Source: Vermamoeba vermiformis
Lineage: Eukaryota
Length of the DNA: 64,000 nucleotides
Direction: 5' to 3'
NCBI GenBank assembly: GCA_045837725.1
Contig: JBEWZL010000076.1
Location: forward strand, 62,001-126,000
This document shows, piece by piece, positions 15,200-27,171 of this stretch; the stretch's first letter is position 1; each line of letters starts with the position of its first letter. The position numbers and the translations under genes are program-made. The notes beneath the pieces are model-generated. The model ran no database searches. It was not told the DNA's origin and saw only the letters and a list, made by a program, of their open reading frames with translations.

Positions 15200-16444
15200 T
15201 TATTTTGAGACTTCTCTCGCGTAGGCCTCAAGTTCTCGTAGTGTAGCATTGTCTAACTGTTCGATATTAATTTCTACTTCTTCAGTGTCTGTTTGATGTT
15301 GCTGCAAAGAAACTAGGTCAGTACGCGGATCAGGCGCGAGAGATGCAGATCTCGACTTACCGATAGAAAATCAGGTAATGCTCTGTGTATAATCTGAACA
15401 ACTTTGCCCAAGTGTTTAGTATCGAGATTATTAATCAAAATGCATAATTGCCTCTTCTCTTCGAAAGACATTTCGCTAATCGTAAAAACGGGGGTTAGCA
15501 AGAATGGATTTAGGATCTGATTGCGGTCAGTGCTTACGGGACATTACTTCGTGCTACACTAGCTGCAGGTACACTTCCAGCGGGACCTCCTGTCGAGGCA
15601 CTAATGGATTCGTTAATTTTTTTTGAAAAGCGATAAAATCAGGCAAATATATGAAATTCAATAATAAATATGAAGTAAAAAGCCTACCGCTTAGGGACTT
15701 TAGTTTTGCGGCCATCACTGTATTCATCACCTTCTCCTTCGACTGATCCAGCTAAAAAGTTCGTTAATATTAAAAATCAGAAAATTCGCGAATAAAATAT
15801 CAATCGGATACGTCACTATTACTAAATTAATAATATAAATTTGTATATCGATAAATACTATTGTAAGCGCTTCCAAACAGCCTAAGATTTGAATTACGAC
15901 TTACCTTCCAAATCCCAATTCTTTGTCTTAATTTCATTAATTTTCTTCTCGAATATATCAGATAATGCTTGTCCCATTTTTGTAATATCATGTTCAGGTC
16001 CGTTATACGTTTTGCAATTGAACCAGATCTGCCGCACGTCGCGGATGAGCTCATCAATATTGTTGTATTGTTCAGTGTTAATTTTTTGCTAAGAAAAAAA
16101 CGGCAATTAGTACGATAATTAGCTTATTATTTTTTAAAATATTTTAAAAATATAAGCCTTGATATTCCTAATTTTACCGCCCTTCAAATTATTCACGAAT
16201 CAAGAGCGCCTCAGAAAAAAAATTAATTCTATTTTGCTGCGCTTACCTCTACTGTACTTAAATCCATCGGATTTTTGATAATTTGGAAATAATCTGGAAT
16301 GCCAAGTGCAATGGGATCGACCGGGGTTGCGAAAGGCCATCCGTTTTTGTTCGCAGCCAGTGATTTGACTAATTTGAGGCATGCACCCCACATTGGGTTT
16401 GACTCGCTTCTCCTTCTTTTTCTTGAGCCGTCTATGCTTGCCAT
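15200..16444 (-). CDS. BET-family bromodomain + extra-terminal (ET) domain protein
   Basis: WPFATPVDPIALGIPDYFQIIKNPMDLSTV, DVRQIWFNCKTYN; ET domain MSFEEKRQL...EVEINIEQLDNATLREL. Confidence 0.93.
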
Positions 16445-17150
16445 TTCAATATTATCGATAAATAATAATAATGATTATTGCAATAAAATATTCAAATGCA
16501 CACTAGGTGTTTCGGTGCTAGTATTATGCAAATAGTTATGTGCTATTATTACAAGTGGTTACTAGAATTAGTTTCTGATTACGAAAGTTTTTTTGTGAAG
16601 CGCGTGAACAGAACAAAACCACAACGTAAACTTTTCGCGCGCATTTTTCTGAATTCAAACTAAACATCAAATAATTGAGCAACAATTCATATTGTACTTT
16701 AAATTTGATACACATGTGCCGATAATCAATCAAATAGTCAATGCGGCACATCTAATCCTGAAGATTCGAGAGTATCTTAACTTTATAAGATTGCATTTCT
16801 TTGATTATCAATAAGTATACTAACGAGATAATAATGACTTTCGCGAGTCAATAAACATGCAGCTCGTAATTATACGGCAAGGCAAGTTTAAATCTGTCAG
16901 ATTCCATCGTGCTTGTATGCGACTAAAGTTTCAAATCGAATCTTATTAGATTCTAATACTGTCACCATTAACCTATCGACGATGCTTAACGAATTAAAGC
17001 CCTGCTCTTGCTAGCCGTTTCCCCGCCCGCCACCACGATTTGACCGTTACTTTGTCGCTGCGCCAGAAATAATTTTTTGGCTGGAAAGAAATTCACCGCG
17101 TCGTTACGGCATTTTTACACGTTATTCGTACATTAGACCACAAGCAAACA

Positions 17151-17846
17151 ATGCCTGCTAGCCCAAAGAAAGCTACCAAGACGGCTCGCAAGAAGTCGAA
17201 GAAGCCGCGCGATTATCCCAAGTATGAGCAAATGATTGCCGAAGCTATCACTGCGCTCAAGGATCGCACTGGCTCATCTAGATACGCCATCCACAAATAC
17301 ATTGTAAACAACTACACCGTGCCTATGAAGACTCTCGATACACAGTTGAGCATTCAATTGAGAAATCTCGTCAGCAACGGCAAGTTGGTCAAGGAGAAGG
17401 CTTCGTATCTCTTGTCGAACGCGTTCAAAGAGTCGCTCAAGACCGGTGTCCCCATGCCCGTTAAGAGAGCTAGCCCTAAGAAACGCGCTGCTGCTACAAA
17501 GAAGAAGGTTGAGTCTGAATCCGCTTCGGCTGAAGAGAAGATGGAGACCGAAGAAGCTAAGCCCGCCGAAAAGAAGACTCCCAAGAAGGCTGCTCCCAAG
17601 AAGGAAGAGAAGGCCGTCGAGGAGAAGAAGACTCCCGTTAAGAAGACGCCAAAGAAGGAAGCTGCAACTCCCAAGAAGAGCCCCGCCAAAACAGATTCGC
17701 CAAAGAAGACCCCTGCTAAGACTTCTAAGAAGGAGACCGCGACTCCGAAGAAGGCTTCACCGAGCAAAGCTTCACCTAAGAAAACTCCTGCTAAGACTCC
17801 CAAGAAGACTCCTTCTAAAACGCCCAAGAAGTCCGCGAAGAAATAA
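17151..17846 (+). CDS. H1: Linker histone H1, intronless
   Basis: Globular domain YPKYEQMIAEAITALKDRTGSSRYAIHKYI...LVSNGKLV and a Lys/Pro/Ala-rich tail with many S/TPKK motifs. Confidence 0.95.
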   Translation: MPASPKKATKTARKKSKKPRDYPKYEQMIAEAITALKDRTGSSRYAIHKYIVNNYTVPMKTLDTQLSIQLRNLVSNGKLVKEKASYLLSNAFKESLKTGVPMPVKRASPKKRAAATKKKVESESASAEEKMETEEAKPAEKKTPKKAAPKKEEKAVEEKKTPVKKTPKKEAATPKKSPAKTDSPKKTPAKTSKKETATPKKASPSKASPKKTPAKTPKKTPSKTPKKSAKK

Positions 17847-17921
17847 GTTGGCTGAATCTGGCTTAGCCTTCGTGCCTTTTCGGTACAAATGGTGTCGCAT
17901 GGCGACAAATATTATACATAA

Positions 17922-17937
17922 GGTGTTTTTTAACACC
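17922..17937 (+). promoter_or_regulatory. Histone 3'-UTR stem-loop (SLBP-type)
   Basis: CATAA-GGTGTT-TTTT-AACACC-ACCC, 75 nt after the H1 stop: 6-bp stem, 4-nt U loop, GG/CC base, A-rich 5' flank and ACCC 3' flank. Confidence 0.8.
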
Positions 17938-18087
17938 ACCCTTTTATAGAAATTTATTGACGCTTGTTGGCGATCTTGCAACGGTAACATCCGATCCGCT
18001 TCAGTTTAACAAGTTAAACCAATATGTCGCAATACTTGTCGTAATATATTACAATGTTTATTCGTTCACTTCAGTTTTAACAGTTAC

Positions 18088-19753
18088 TTAGTGTTGAGGA
18101 GGTGGCGGCATCATTCCATGCGGAGGCATCATACCGGGAGGAGGTGGCATCATTCCAGGTGGAGGAGCCATGCCAGGCGGAGGAGGAGGCATGTTATAAT
18201 AGCCAGGAGGCGGTGCCATACCAGGAGGCGGAGCCATGCCAGGGGGTGGTGGCGGCATTGGTTGACCGTGCGGCATCATACGTGGATCCGGCATGTAACC
18301 CATTGGTGGTGGCGCTTTAGATGCCATTCGTTAGTAAATATGCATTAAACACGTAATATATTTTGTTATGCTGGTATCTGTACGAGCTTTGAGATTCGCA
18401 ACGGTCACCAACAAACATCAATCTCAAAATAGTGTTTGGTTACGTACCCATCGAGGCCATGCCCATCATACCAGGCATGGGCACATAGCCAGCAGGAGCG
18501 GCGTACGGTGTTGTGAGTCGTTTTTGAGGGTTATTTGAGGCGAGAATTCTTTCCGCCAAACTACCGTGTCGTTCTTTGCTGTTGGGTTTGAAGGCATAGG
18601 ACACTGATATAGCTCTGAGGAGGGAGTTTTTCGTGTTAGTATAATATCAATATACAACGAATATATATTGTTATAGTAAGGCAGTACTTACTTGTTACAT
18701 AAGAATTGACCGTTCATCGATTCAATAGCCGCATCCGCTGCTTCGAAAGCGTCGAATGAAACGAAGCCAAATCCTTTGCTCATTCCATTCGTCTCGCGGA
18801 TAATCTAAAAATAAGACGAGTTAGTGCCTAGTTTGGTCTATTAAGCCCGCACAAGTCATGAAAATGATAGATAGCCGGCTTACAGCAGAATTTAAACAAA
18901 GGTAGCTTTTCGAAAAGAAGGCATATGTATATATATTGCACTATTAGTTACGTACCTTTGAACTAAGCAAGTTGCCAAAAGAAGCAAAAGTATCTTGCAA
19001 CATTTTTTCGTCAACATCCGGATCCAAGTTACCAATAAATAAGTTGGCACCGACATCCATAGCCTTTGTTCTAGTAGCCTATTGAATGAATGATTATAGT
19101 TAATTATGGTCGAGAGGTTTTAGTAAAGGTCGATCTCAAAGTTCGAGTGCTGAGGATCCGGATTGATTGTGTAATCACTCGATAGGCAATGCATATTGCA
19201 AGCACTAATACGTTATGCGTGAACTTACCTTATTTACACGAATAGCTTTGCCGTATAATTTAATCAAGTTCATAATTCTGATCGCGTAATCTGCGTCCTC
19301 CTCTGTTCTGAACTCTACAAATCCGAATCCTTGGTGATCTTTTGTCAATTTATCTCGAGGAATATGAACGTTCACTATATTAAAAGCAGCGTGTTAGCAA
19401 ACGGGTGGATTTGGTTAATAACTTAATAAATGCTTTATCGGCGAATAAAAATTAAATAAAAATATTGTAGCCAACATAAATCAATTTTAAGTGTATATGT
19501 GTAATTAATAAGGCTAAGATTACGACAGAAAATAATTATTGTATTTTTGAATATTACGATTATTCTAAGCAGATGTAAAATGGAGCCATCTTGGAGCAAT
19601 TGTTCAGTATACTAGTAAAATAAATAATTATCGATATTTACCAACAGGTCCCGCTTGAAGCATTAACTCCCACAAAATTGCTTCGCTGACTTTCAAATCC
19701 AGTTCTCCGACCCAGACAGTCGCGTCTTGATTCCTTTCTTCAATGTGTGCCAT
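18088..19753 (-). CDS. SF3B4: Splicing factor 3B subunit 4 (two RRMs + Pro-rich tail)
   Basis: [81 protein letters not shown] tail. Confidence 0.96.
18098..18260 (-). repeat. Coding PPPGM/PPPG low-complexity repeat in the SF3B4 tail
   Basis: Repeated CCTCCTGGCATG-like units on the minus strand. Confidence 0.8.
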
Positions 19754-19923
19754 ATTGAAATATATGAGATATAACGACTGTTGTGGTTGTCACAGAGCTC
19801 GACAGAAAACGATTGCAAAAATTGTTTAGAGCGAAGATCTGCTCGGCAACGCGACACAATAACGGTGAATATGAACACTATCAAAATCTTTATATATTAC
19901 AAAAAAAGAAACATAAGATATAT

Positions 19924-21504
19924 TTAAGAAACGCTAATATGCGTTTGTTGGGCTTCTTGCGCACGTCTCTTTTTCGCTTCACGTTGCGCTCGGTACTCAG
20001 GCTTGCTGCGCTTATCAACGACGTAATATTGCTTGGCGAGTGTTTTTCTCATCTTTTCATTCTCTTCTCTGACGGTCTTGTAGATACACTTGGCAATAAA
20101 GTACATCAAAAATGCAATGCCAACGACCTGTTCAATGAAGCAAGGTGAGCCACGTGATCATTCATAGAGGGTCCTATTTATATGACTACTAGTACTTACG
20201 ACGATGACCACGAGCAATAACTTTCCACAGTCTTTCTTGCAATCAGTGTCAGATCTGCTCGACGAAGATGAGCCACCGCCACCACCTCCGCCACCGCCAT
20301 TACTACGACCTCTCTAGCGAAGTATATATCATTAGCAAATCGATTTATTATGCCATAATGCGCAAGACTTACTGGGAATGGCAACCACAAGAACGGATCG
20401 TTCCAATAAAAGAACGATCTTCTGTGCGGGTTGTGATTGAGCGGTTGATTCCATCGATATCGACCACCGCCGTGCTCAAAGTCATCGTTGTCGTGCGGAT
20501 CCATGTTGTTATTATTGTTATTCTGTGGCTCTAACGGCTGTCCTTCATTGCCTAGTCTTCGTCCTCGACGTCGTTGATCGTTTCCTATCATAATCATTAG
20601 TACCCCAATACTACATAACGAAATTTAGGTATCGAAAGTACGCACCAGTCCACCACAAATAAATGCCTCGACCAATCGCGTAAAGGCCTACGATAGCTAG
20701 AAACACTACAAATCCATGGACCATGTGGTCTCCTATCCATGTGAATGCCTAAACAAGGAGTCAATGGTGCGTACCAAGTTTAAACAACAGATCCACTTAC
20801 GTGATCGCTGTTTGGCCAATAATAATGCTTAAAGCACATTGTTTCGTATTTTGCAATATAGCACATAATAAGTTTATACACATAGCCGCTGACGAAAGTG
20901 GCTACTAGCATCTTCCAAAATAAGTCCCACACGACCCAGGCGATCGCAACACCCATCGATGAGTAACGACCAATGCCTCGGTATTCTGTCTAATAACAAT
21001 AATATTAGTAACGGGGCATCGTCCTGGAACTAATATTCAAGTTTGTAAGCTCGAACAAATATTATTCTTTTTTGAATTTGAAAAGGCCAACAAAGCGCCA
21101 TATGGCAAGTACCGAGCCGTAATAATAATAATAGTAATAAAATCATCAAATAAATACAAATGCTAAATTAATTAATAACTCGTCAGAAATGCTGACTCAG
21201 CAATTTGCTCTCAAAAAATTATTAAATATTCAAAAAAAGCTATTTTACTTGCCTCGTAGGCAGCATGGCATACAGGACAATGAGTGAGATTTTTTGGATT
21301 TATTCCTGAGCTTCTCCTAAGCAGATTCAATTTCGTAAGTACGCGTTTTAATTGTTGTATTGCGCAAAATACTATGACTTACCACCCATCCAGACATTCT
21401 CTATGAACATATTTTATACTACCAATACAATTGCATGGGACAATCATGTTAACCTTGTCTTCTGCATCAAGGCAGATTCGACACGTCACCGGTGAGTCAG
21501 CCAT
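19924..21504 (-). CDS. RING-CH (MARCH-like) membrane E3 ubiquitin ligase
   Basis: CRICLD...PCNCIGSIKYVHRECLDGW...CPVC (C4HC3) followed by hydrophobic TM exons; the 3' end is approximate. Confidence 0.88.
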
Positions 21505-21958
21505 TGTGCTCAAAGTAATAATGTCTTTGAAATAATGGTGCGCGCGTAAAGATGCACATGGAGCCAACCGAGAGCACGTGGTGAGATTCTTGATCTGAAA
21601 TTTTGTCCGTTTTGGCATTTTTCCGAGCCTGCTTGCTTTCAAGTCTCCTGATGAACTCTAAATCTATCTTAATGACGTTTTTGTATTAATATGTATTAAT
21701 TGTGCATCTTTAGAGCCTCTTACAAAAAGCAAGAATTGAATCTGCTCGCTGAACGAAGATGCATTGGTACTATTGACAAGCTATCTTTCCGTGCATAACT
21801 TGCTCAGCTTATCAACGAACATGCAACTATCAATATGTATACTTAGGACCAGTAGGTACTTCAATTACGTACCAGAGTTTGAAGATCAATGTGATCTTTA
21901 TTGTCTGATCTTTTTATACATCATTAAAATTGCATCTTAATGCGCGTTTGCCTTGCAA

Positions 21959-23063
21959 TCACTTCACACCAAGTGTCTCGTGTTTGCAAGTCGAAGTTTC
22001 CTCCGGACCACACCACGCAGGTTGGCCACCGTATGGTCGAAATGTAAATAGAGCCAACAAGTCACCAATCTGTTCTTTGATGTGCGCATTGTTCGGGTGA
22101 TCGTACATCTGCTTGGTGAATCTCCAGCATGCATTGTGACAGTCAAGGTACCAAGGGGACAATGGTCGGTAGATACCCCAGTACATCATTCCAATCATAT
22201 ACGGAAGCGTTTCCACCATAATATAGTAGCATACGAAGTCATCGCTATTGACTTTGAGCAGCAGGTATGCCTCTAAACCAAGTCGACTGAGTGGCTCGAG
22301 TACGGGTAGATTGTCGGGAGATTCTTTCTTGCAACGATACATCACCACTCGTCGTTCAATAAAAGGATAAAATCTCGCAGAGATCGAGTCGAACAAAAGT
22401 GCGAGTTGATGTTGATGTTGCGTTGATGCAAAAAGGATCCACTTCGTCCCTGTGAGGATGAAGTTGCGTTTGAGCATTTCAATTGCATTCTGCTGGTCAG
22501 CGTTGAACGAGCTGAAATTTCGCGATTCGACGGTGCAAACATACTCGCAGCCCATGACGAGCTCGTTCGCTCCTGGAGGGGTGCTGAACCGGAGCTCGTC
22601 GTTCTCCGATTTTACGACTCTGTTGACGCAAGTAGGGACCAATGCTTCAGAACCTCCAACAATAATCATTACATTTCTCGGACAGGCAAGAAATTTCTTG
22701 AGTTGCGCGCTGTCGTCGTAGAGGTGGAGCACGATGGCGCGTTCAGTTCCGTCAGGCATTCTTTTGAGCCACGCGATGCCGCTCATCTTGTCTTCGAATC
22801 TCGCTTGTTCAAGGGCAGCTCGAATTGTTGGCAGAAGATTTTGATGACTTCGATGCAGCCAGATCATGCCGAGACCACGACGAAGACGACTTTAAAAATA
22901 ATGGTGAGTGAACTGAATATGAGTCCAAATAGATTAAACGTTATAAAAATAGAATAATTTAATATTAAGGTTGGCAATAAGTCAAATATTTCGTTCTGAT
23001 AGCTCCAAAGAGCTTGACTTACGTCGCCTCCTGAATAATTCGTTCCAACCATTCGCCACTCAT
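21959..23063 (-). CDS. Orphan family paralog 1 (most divergent), 2 exons
   Basis: Exon 1 MSGEWLERIIQEAT, then RLRRGLGMIWLH...; shares WLKxMPDGT, STPP, ESR, KKESP and HPNN motifs with paralogs 2-4. Confidence 0.8.
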
Positions 23064-24341
23064 TGCGTAACGCTATTCTGTTCGCTTGTTCGATGTTGTA
23101 TGAACTATGACGTACATTTCGGCGAATTTTTATGCGACGCATCGTTCATGAACGAAAAGTCACGTGCTGTTGACCAAGTTTGACCGTATTATTGGGCGCA
23201 CTATGCAAGTACAACGCTCTCGAGATCCTTGCTCTGCATTGTAACTACGCGTATTTAGATATTGACTGCCTGGTAGTAATGAGGCTGGAAGCTTTGCTCG
23301 TGTAGTTGAGTGTTGATCCACACATCCAGCGCACGGACAGAGCTTTGTGCAACTCTAATGCAGCCTATTGACAGTGTTAATAACAACATTGAAGCACTTG
23401 AAGAGTTCCAAAGTCGGTCAACTCACCTTCGATGTTGTTGTGGCGGAGACTGATCAAGCAATTGCAGGCCAACATCCGCAGCAAAAATCGGACCGTCCGA
23501 ACCACAAGCGTATTTAATTTTTGAATATTTTTGTGTAAATGCCACTTCGATTAATTTACAAGAAATAATATCACGATAATTAAACGAGTTAGGCGTTGCG
23601 ACCCCAGATTTAATTTGAAAAAATTAATGAAACTATGAAACTGACCAATGCACGATAAAAGACTGGTATTACCTCGTGCAATCGATGTAAAATATACGGG
23701 AGAACATGTATTCGGCTGAATTAATGAGATGTGGGGGTATGCTTGCTTCAGAAGGAACAACACAGTACCTCAACTTGAGAGCTTACAATGCTGTTCAATA
23801 TGATGAATTGCAATACGTACATTACAAATACACTCGTGGTCGTCATTTCAAGTTTTCAGTTTTGAATAATCAATGATTGATTTTTTTGGCCGTTGCTCCG
23901 CTGATCGAACAAAAATCAAACTTGGTTTGTGCGAACCTTTTGTGACTAGAACTCACGATCCAGTTAACACAACACATGTGATGCTATTATCATGTACGAA
24001 ACTTGTTTCTGAAAGCACGTAAATGAGTTGCAGGTTGACTTTCTTTCGCGGATTTGAAGCAGCAACTCACTCGCGAAGTTTGGGAGCCTTGTGTGAGTGT
24101 CTAAATAATTTTAAATGTATCCATACGTGTGCGCAAACCTATCTTATAATGGAAATCGATCTCTGACGACTACAAGGTGAGTTTAAAATTATTGAAAAAT
24201 ATTTGTTCTCAATCCGCACGACGCAGGGCTCGAGGAGCCTCGCCGACAATCTTTCTGACGTATAATAATAGCAATATATTAATGGCAAATATTATTCAGA
24301 AGAACCTATTTGTGAGAACTCTGTTCATCAGTTTGGTTTGC

Positions 24342-24474
24342 AACATTCGACACGTGATTTTATTTCCCTTATTTGGACAATTATTTCATTACCCGCAAAA
24401 GGAGTTATCATAAAAACACTCGATTCCAAAGTGAACATCAATCAACACCAAGCAGCAGCACTCCTCACTCGTTC
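24342..24474 (+). repeat. Duplicated upstream module (AACATTC..CACGTGA..TATTTGGACAATTAT) of paralog 2
   Basis: Near-identical to the reverse complement of 28295-28427; related copies at 26870-26939 and 25613-25671. Confidence 0.9.
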
Positions 24475-25584
24475 ATGAAGCGCATGCATGCAGAAGCGTT
24501 TGATGACCATCAAGTGAGTTCAAACAAGCGTGTGAGAACCGAACAAACAGCTCATGCTTGGTTGAGAAAGATTGCGATGGGTTCAAAGTAAGTAAGCTAA
24601 AGAAGTGAACATTTGCCGCTGTGGCCTGTGTCGGACAAATGTATATTCATCGTTTTCGTTACTAAGTCTATTCTTATTTACATACGAAGCCCTCGCGTCG
24701 GTCTTGGCATTATTTGGCTTCACCTTAACGACCAACACCTTCTTCCCACACTTCAAGCGGCCATCGCTCAAGCAGGATTTGTCGACATTGCGTGTGGCTA
24801 TATGTGGCTCAAAACGATGCCCGATGGAACTCAACGAGCAGTCCAACTCTACGTATTCGAAGATGAGGACAGTGAAGTCTTGGAAGACACACTCGCGTTT
24901 GGCAACACCATTGTGATCATGCATGGCAACGAGTCTCAGAGCCGACCAAGTGTGATTCATGCCATACTTGATGCAGGACGCAATAACACCCCGTTTTGGC
25001 TCAGCACTCCTCCAGACACTGATGGACCAGTGATGCGATGTGAACTCATTTACAACATCGAGTCACGTTCATATGGCCAGTTCAACGAGAATCAAATAAG
25101 TATTATTATCAATCGAATGATCCTCAACCACTGCGCGCATTCACAATACCTGATCATCGCCTCGCAGCACCATCAACATCAACTCGGCATGCTGATCGAC
25201 AATATTACATCGGATTATTATCCTGGTGTCGACAAGCGATTGTTTTGGCTTAAATTCAAGAAAGAATCTCCCGTTGATCTCCCCGTACTCGAAACACTGA
25301 CGCGACTTGGTCTTGCCGGAGATATGTTGCTACAACTATCCAATGCTAATGCAATATACTACTACGTAATTCTGGACGCAGTGCCTGGACTGATTGCTCG
25401 GCTCTTTCCTGCTGTGTTCAGTTCACTCGCACCTTGGTACGTGGCTTCTCATAGAGCAGGTTTCGTGGATATCGAACAGCTGCACAATCATCCGAATAAT
25501 CATCACGCAAAAGAGGCCATACGAGAAGTCATGAAATTGATGAAGCGGAGCAGATCTTACGGTCTAACAACAGAAAAATGGTAG
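24475..25584 (+). CDS. Orphan family paralog 2, 2 exons
   Basis: Exon 1 MKRMHAEAFDDHQVSSNKRVRTEQTAHAWLRKIAMGS, a GTAAGT..AG intron, then NPRVGLGIIWLH... open to the stop at 25584. Confidence 0.85.
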
Positions 25585-25612
25585 TAATTCCCTTTACTAT
25601 ATAAATACAGTT

Positions 25613-25671
25613 GGCACGTACGTGACTTTATTTCCCCGATTTGAACAATTATGTAATTATCCATAAAGGAG
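25613..25671 (+). repeat. Orphan, degenerate copy of the family upstream module with no gene behind it
   Basis: GGCACGTACGTGACTTTATTTCCCCGATTTGAACAATTATG...AAAGGAG aligns with 24349-24404. Confidence 0.7.
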
Positions 25672-25717
25672 ATCCTTGATTGGATGCGTGAGCAGTTAAA
25701 GCGCATCGAGATGCCTG

Positions 25718-26803
25718 CTAAATGATATTAATACCGTAAGATTTGCTCATCTGCTTAAGCTTCATCAGCTCTCGTATGGCTTCTTTGATGTGCTGATTGT
25801 ACGGGTGATTGTACTGCCGTTCGAGATGCAAGAAGCCTGCTTGGTGTGCGTCAATGTACCAAGGCGAGAGTGAACTGTGTACGGCGGGAAAGAACTCGGC
25901 GACGAATGCTGCTATTACATCTAGAACCACGTAGTAGTACGTAGATTTGTCGTCAGACAGTTTGAGCAAAACATCTCCTGACAGACCAAGACGCGTCAGT
26001 GGTTCGAGTACGGGGAGATCAACGGGAGATTCTTTCTTGAATTCGTATTGAAACAATCGCTTGTCAATGCCTGGATAGTAGTCCGATGTAATATTATCAA
26101 TCAGCATGCCGAGTTGATGTTGATGGTGCTGCGAGGCGATGATCAGGTATTGTGAATGTGAGAGCAAGTTCGTCCTCATTAATTCCAATACACCTTTTTG
26201 ATTGTCGCTAAATTGATCATATGAACGTGACTCGATGTTGTAAACAAGCTCGCATCGCATCACTGGCCCCTCAGAGTCTGGAGGAGTGCTGAGCCACATC
26301 GAAGTGTTCTTGCCTGTAAAGCCCGTGATATTTTGAATGACGCTCGGTTGAACTTGAGACTCGTTGCCTTGCATGATCACAATAGTGTTGCCAAACGCAA
26401 TCTTGTCTTCAATAATTTCTTCAAGGTCATCGTCTGTCATACCGAACAAAATAAGTGATCGTTGTGTTCCATCGGGCATTGTTTTGAGCCACACAACCTG
26501 GTTTGCTACATTTACGAACCCCGCTTGAGCAATTGCTGCCCACAACGTTGGAACCAAGCTGAAGACTTCTTGATGCAACCATACAATTCCAATTCCAACA
26601 CGGGGACTAATGAACACTTAGTAAGGGGTGAATTTCTAAACAAAAGCAGATCTGCAAGTGTGCAGTGCAATTCTCTGGTAATCAGCTTACTTTGAGCCCA
26701 TTGCAATTTTTCTCAGCCAAGCATGCGCTGTTTGTTCAGTTCTCACGCGCTTGTTCGAACCCACTAGATGGTCTTCGGTTGCTTCTGCATGTATGCGCTT
26801 CAT
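25718..26803 (-). CDS. Orphan family paralog 3, 2 exons (alternative upstream ATG at 26869)
   Basis: Exon 1 MKRIHAEATEDHLVGSNKRVRTEQTAHAWLRKIAMGS; exon 2 is homologous to the other paralogs throughout. Confidence 0.85.
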
Positions 26804-27171
26804 GACTGGAGGCGTGTGGGAGTACTGTTGTATTAACGTTTGCTTTGGAGTAAAGTATTGTTGACACATAATTCTCCTTTTGTATTTATGGACCCAAATA
26901 ATTGCCCAAATAAGGAAATTTAGTCACGTGCAGAATGTTTGACTAAGTAAGACGAGATTTAACATTTGTTTTTGACTGAACGAATGTACAATCACTCGAA
27001 CGACATGCACGGGAAAGTGATGACTCTGTTCGAGGCCAGTAGTTGCGGTGGGACGTTGAATTCGTAGGAGATTGGATTTCATTGCAAAAACGGTCGATAT
27101 TATCCTGCAAACTCACATTCAATTTGAATATCCCGCATTGTTTAATTACATCAATCCTTGGCATACAATAA

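Noticed and set aside
17850-17906. Other weak hairpins in the H1 3' UTR (GGCTGA/TTAGCC, GTGCC/GGTAC, TGTCGC/GCGACA)
   Set aside because: They lack the 6-bp/4-nt geometry and flanks of the histone element found at 17922.
17354-17990. Overlapping alternative-frame ORFs over histone H1
   Set aside because: By-products of the repetitive Lys/Pro/Ala coding sequence.
18091-18348. Arg/His-rich plus-strand ORFs
   Set aside because: Antisense of the SF3B4 poly-Pro tail.
23190-23520. Minus-strand exon-like segment (LISLRHNNIEG..VRALDVW) with a GT-AG intron, faintly LRR-like
   Set aside because: It has an in-frame stop and no clear start; the similarity is too weak to call even a pseudogene.
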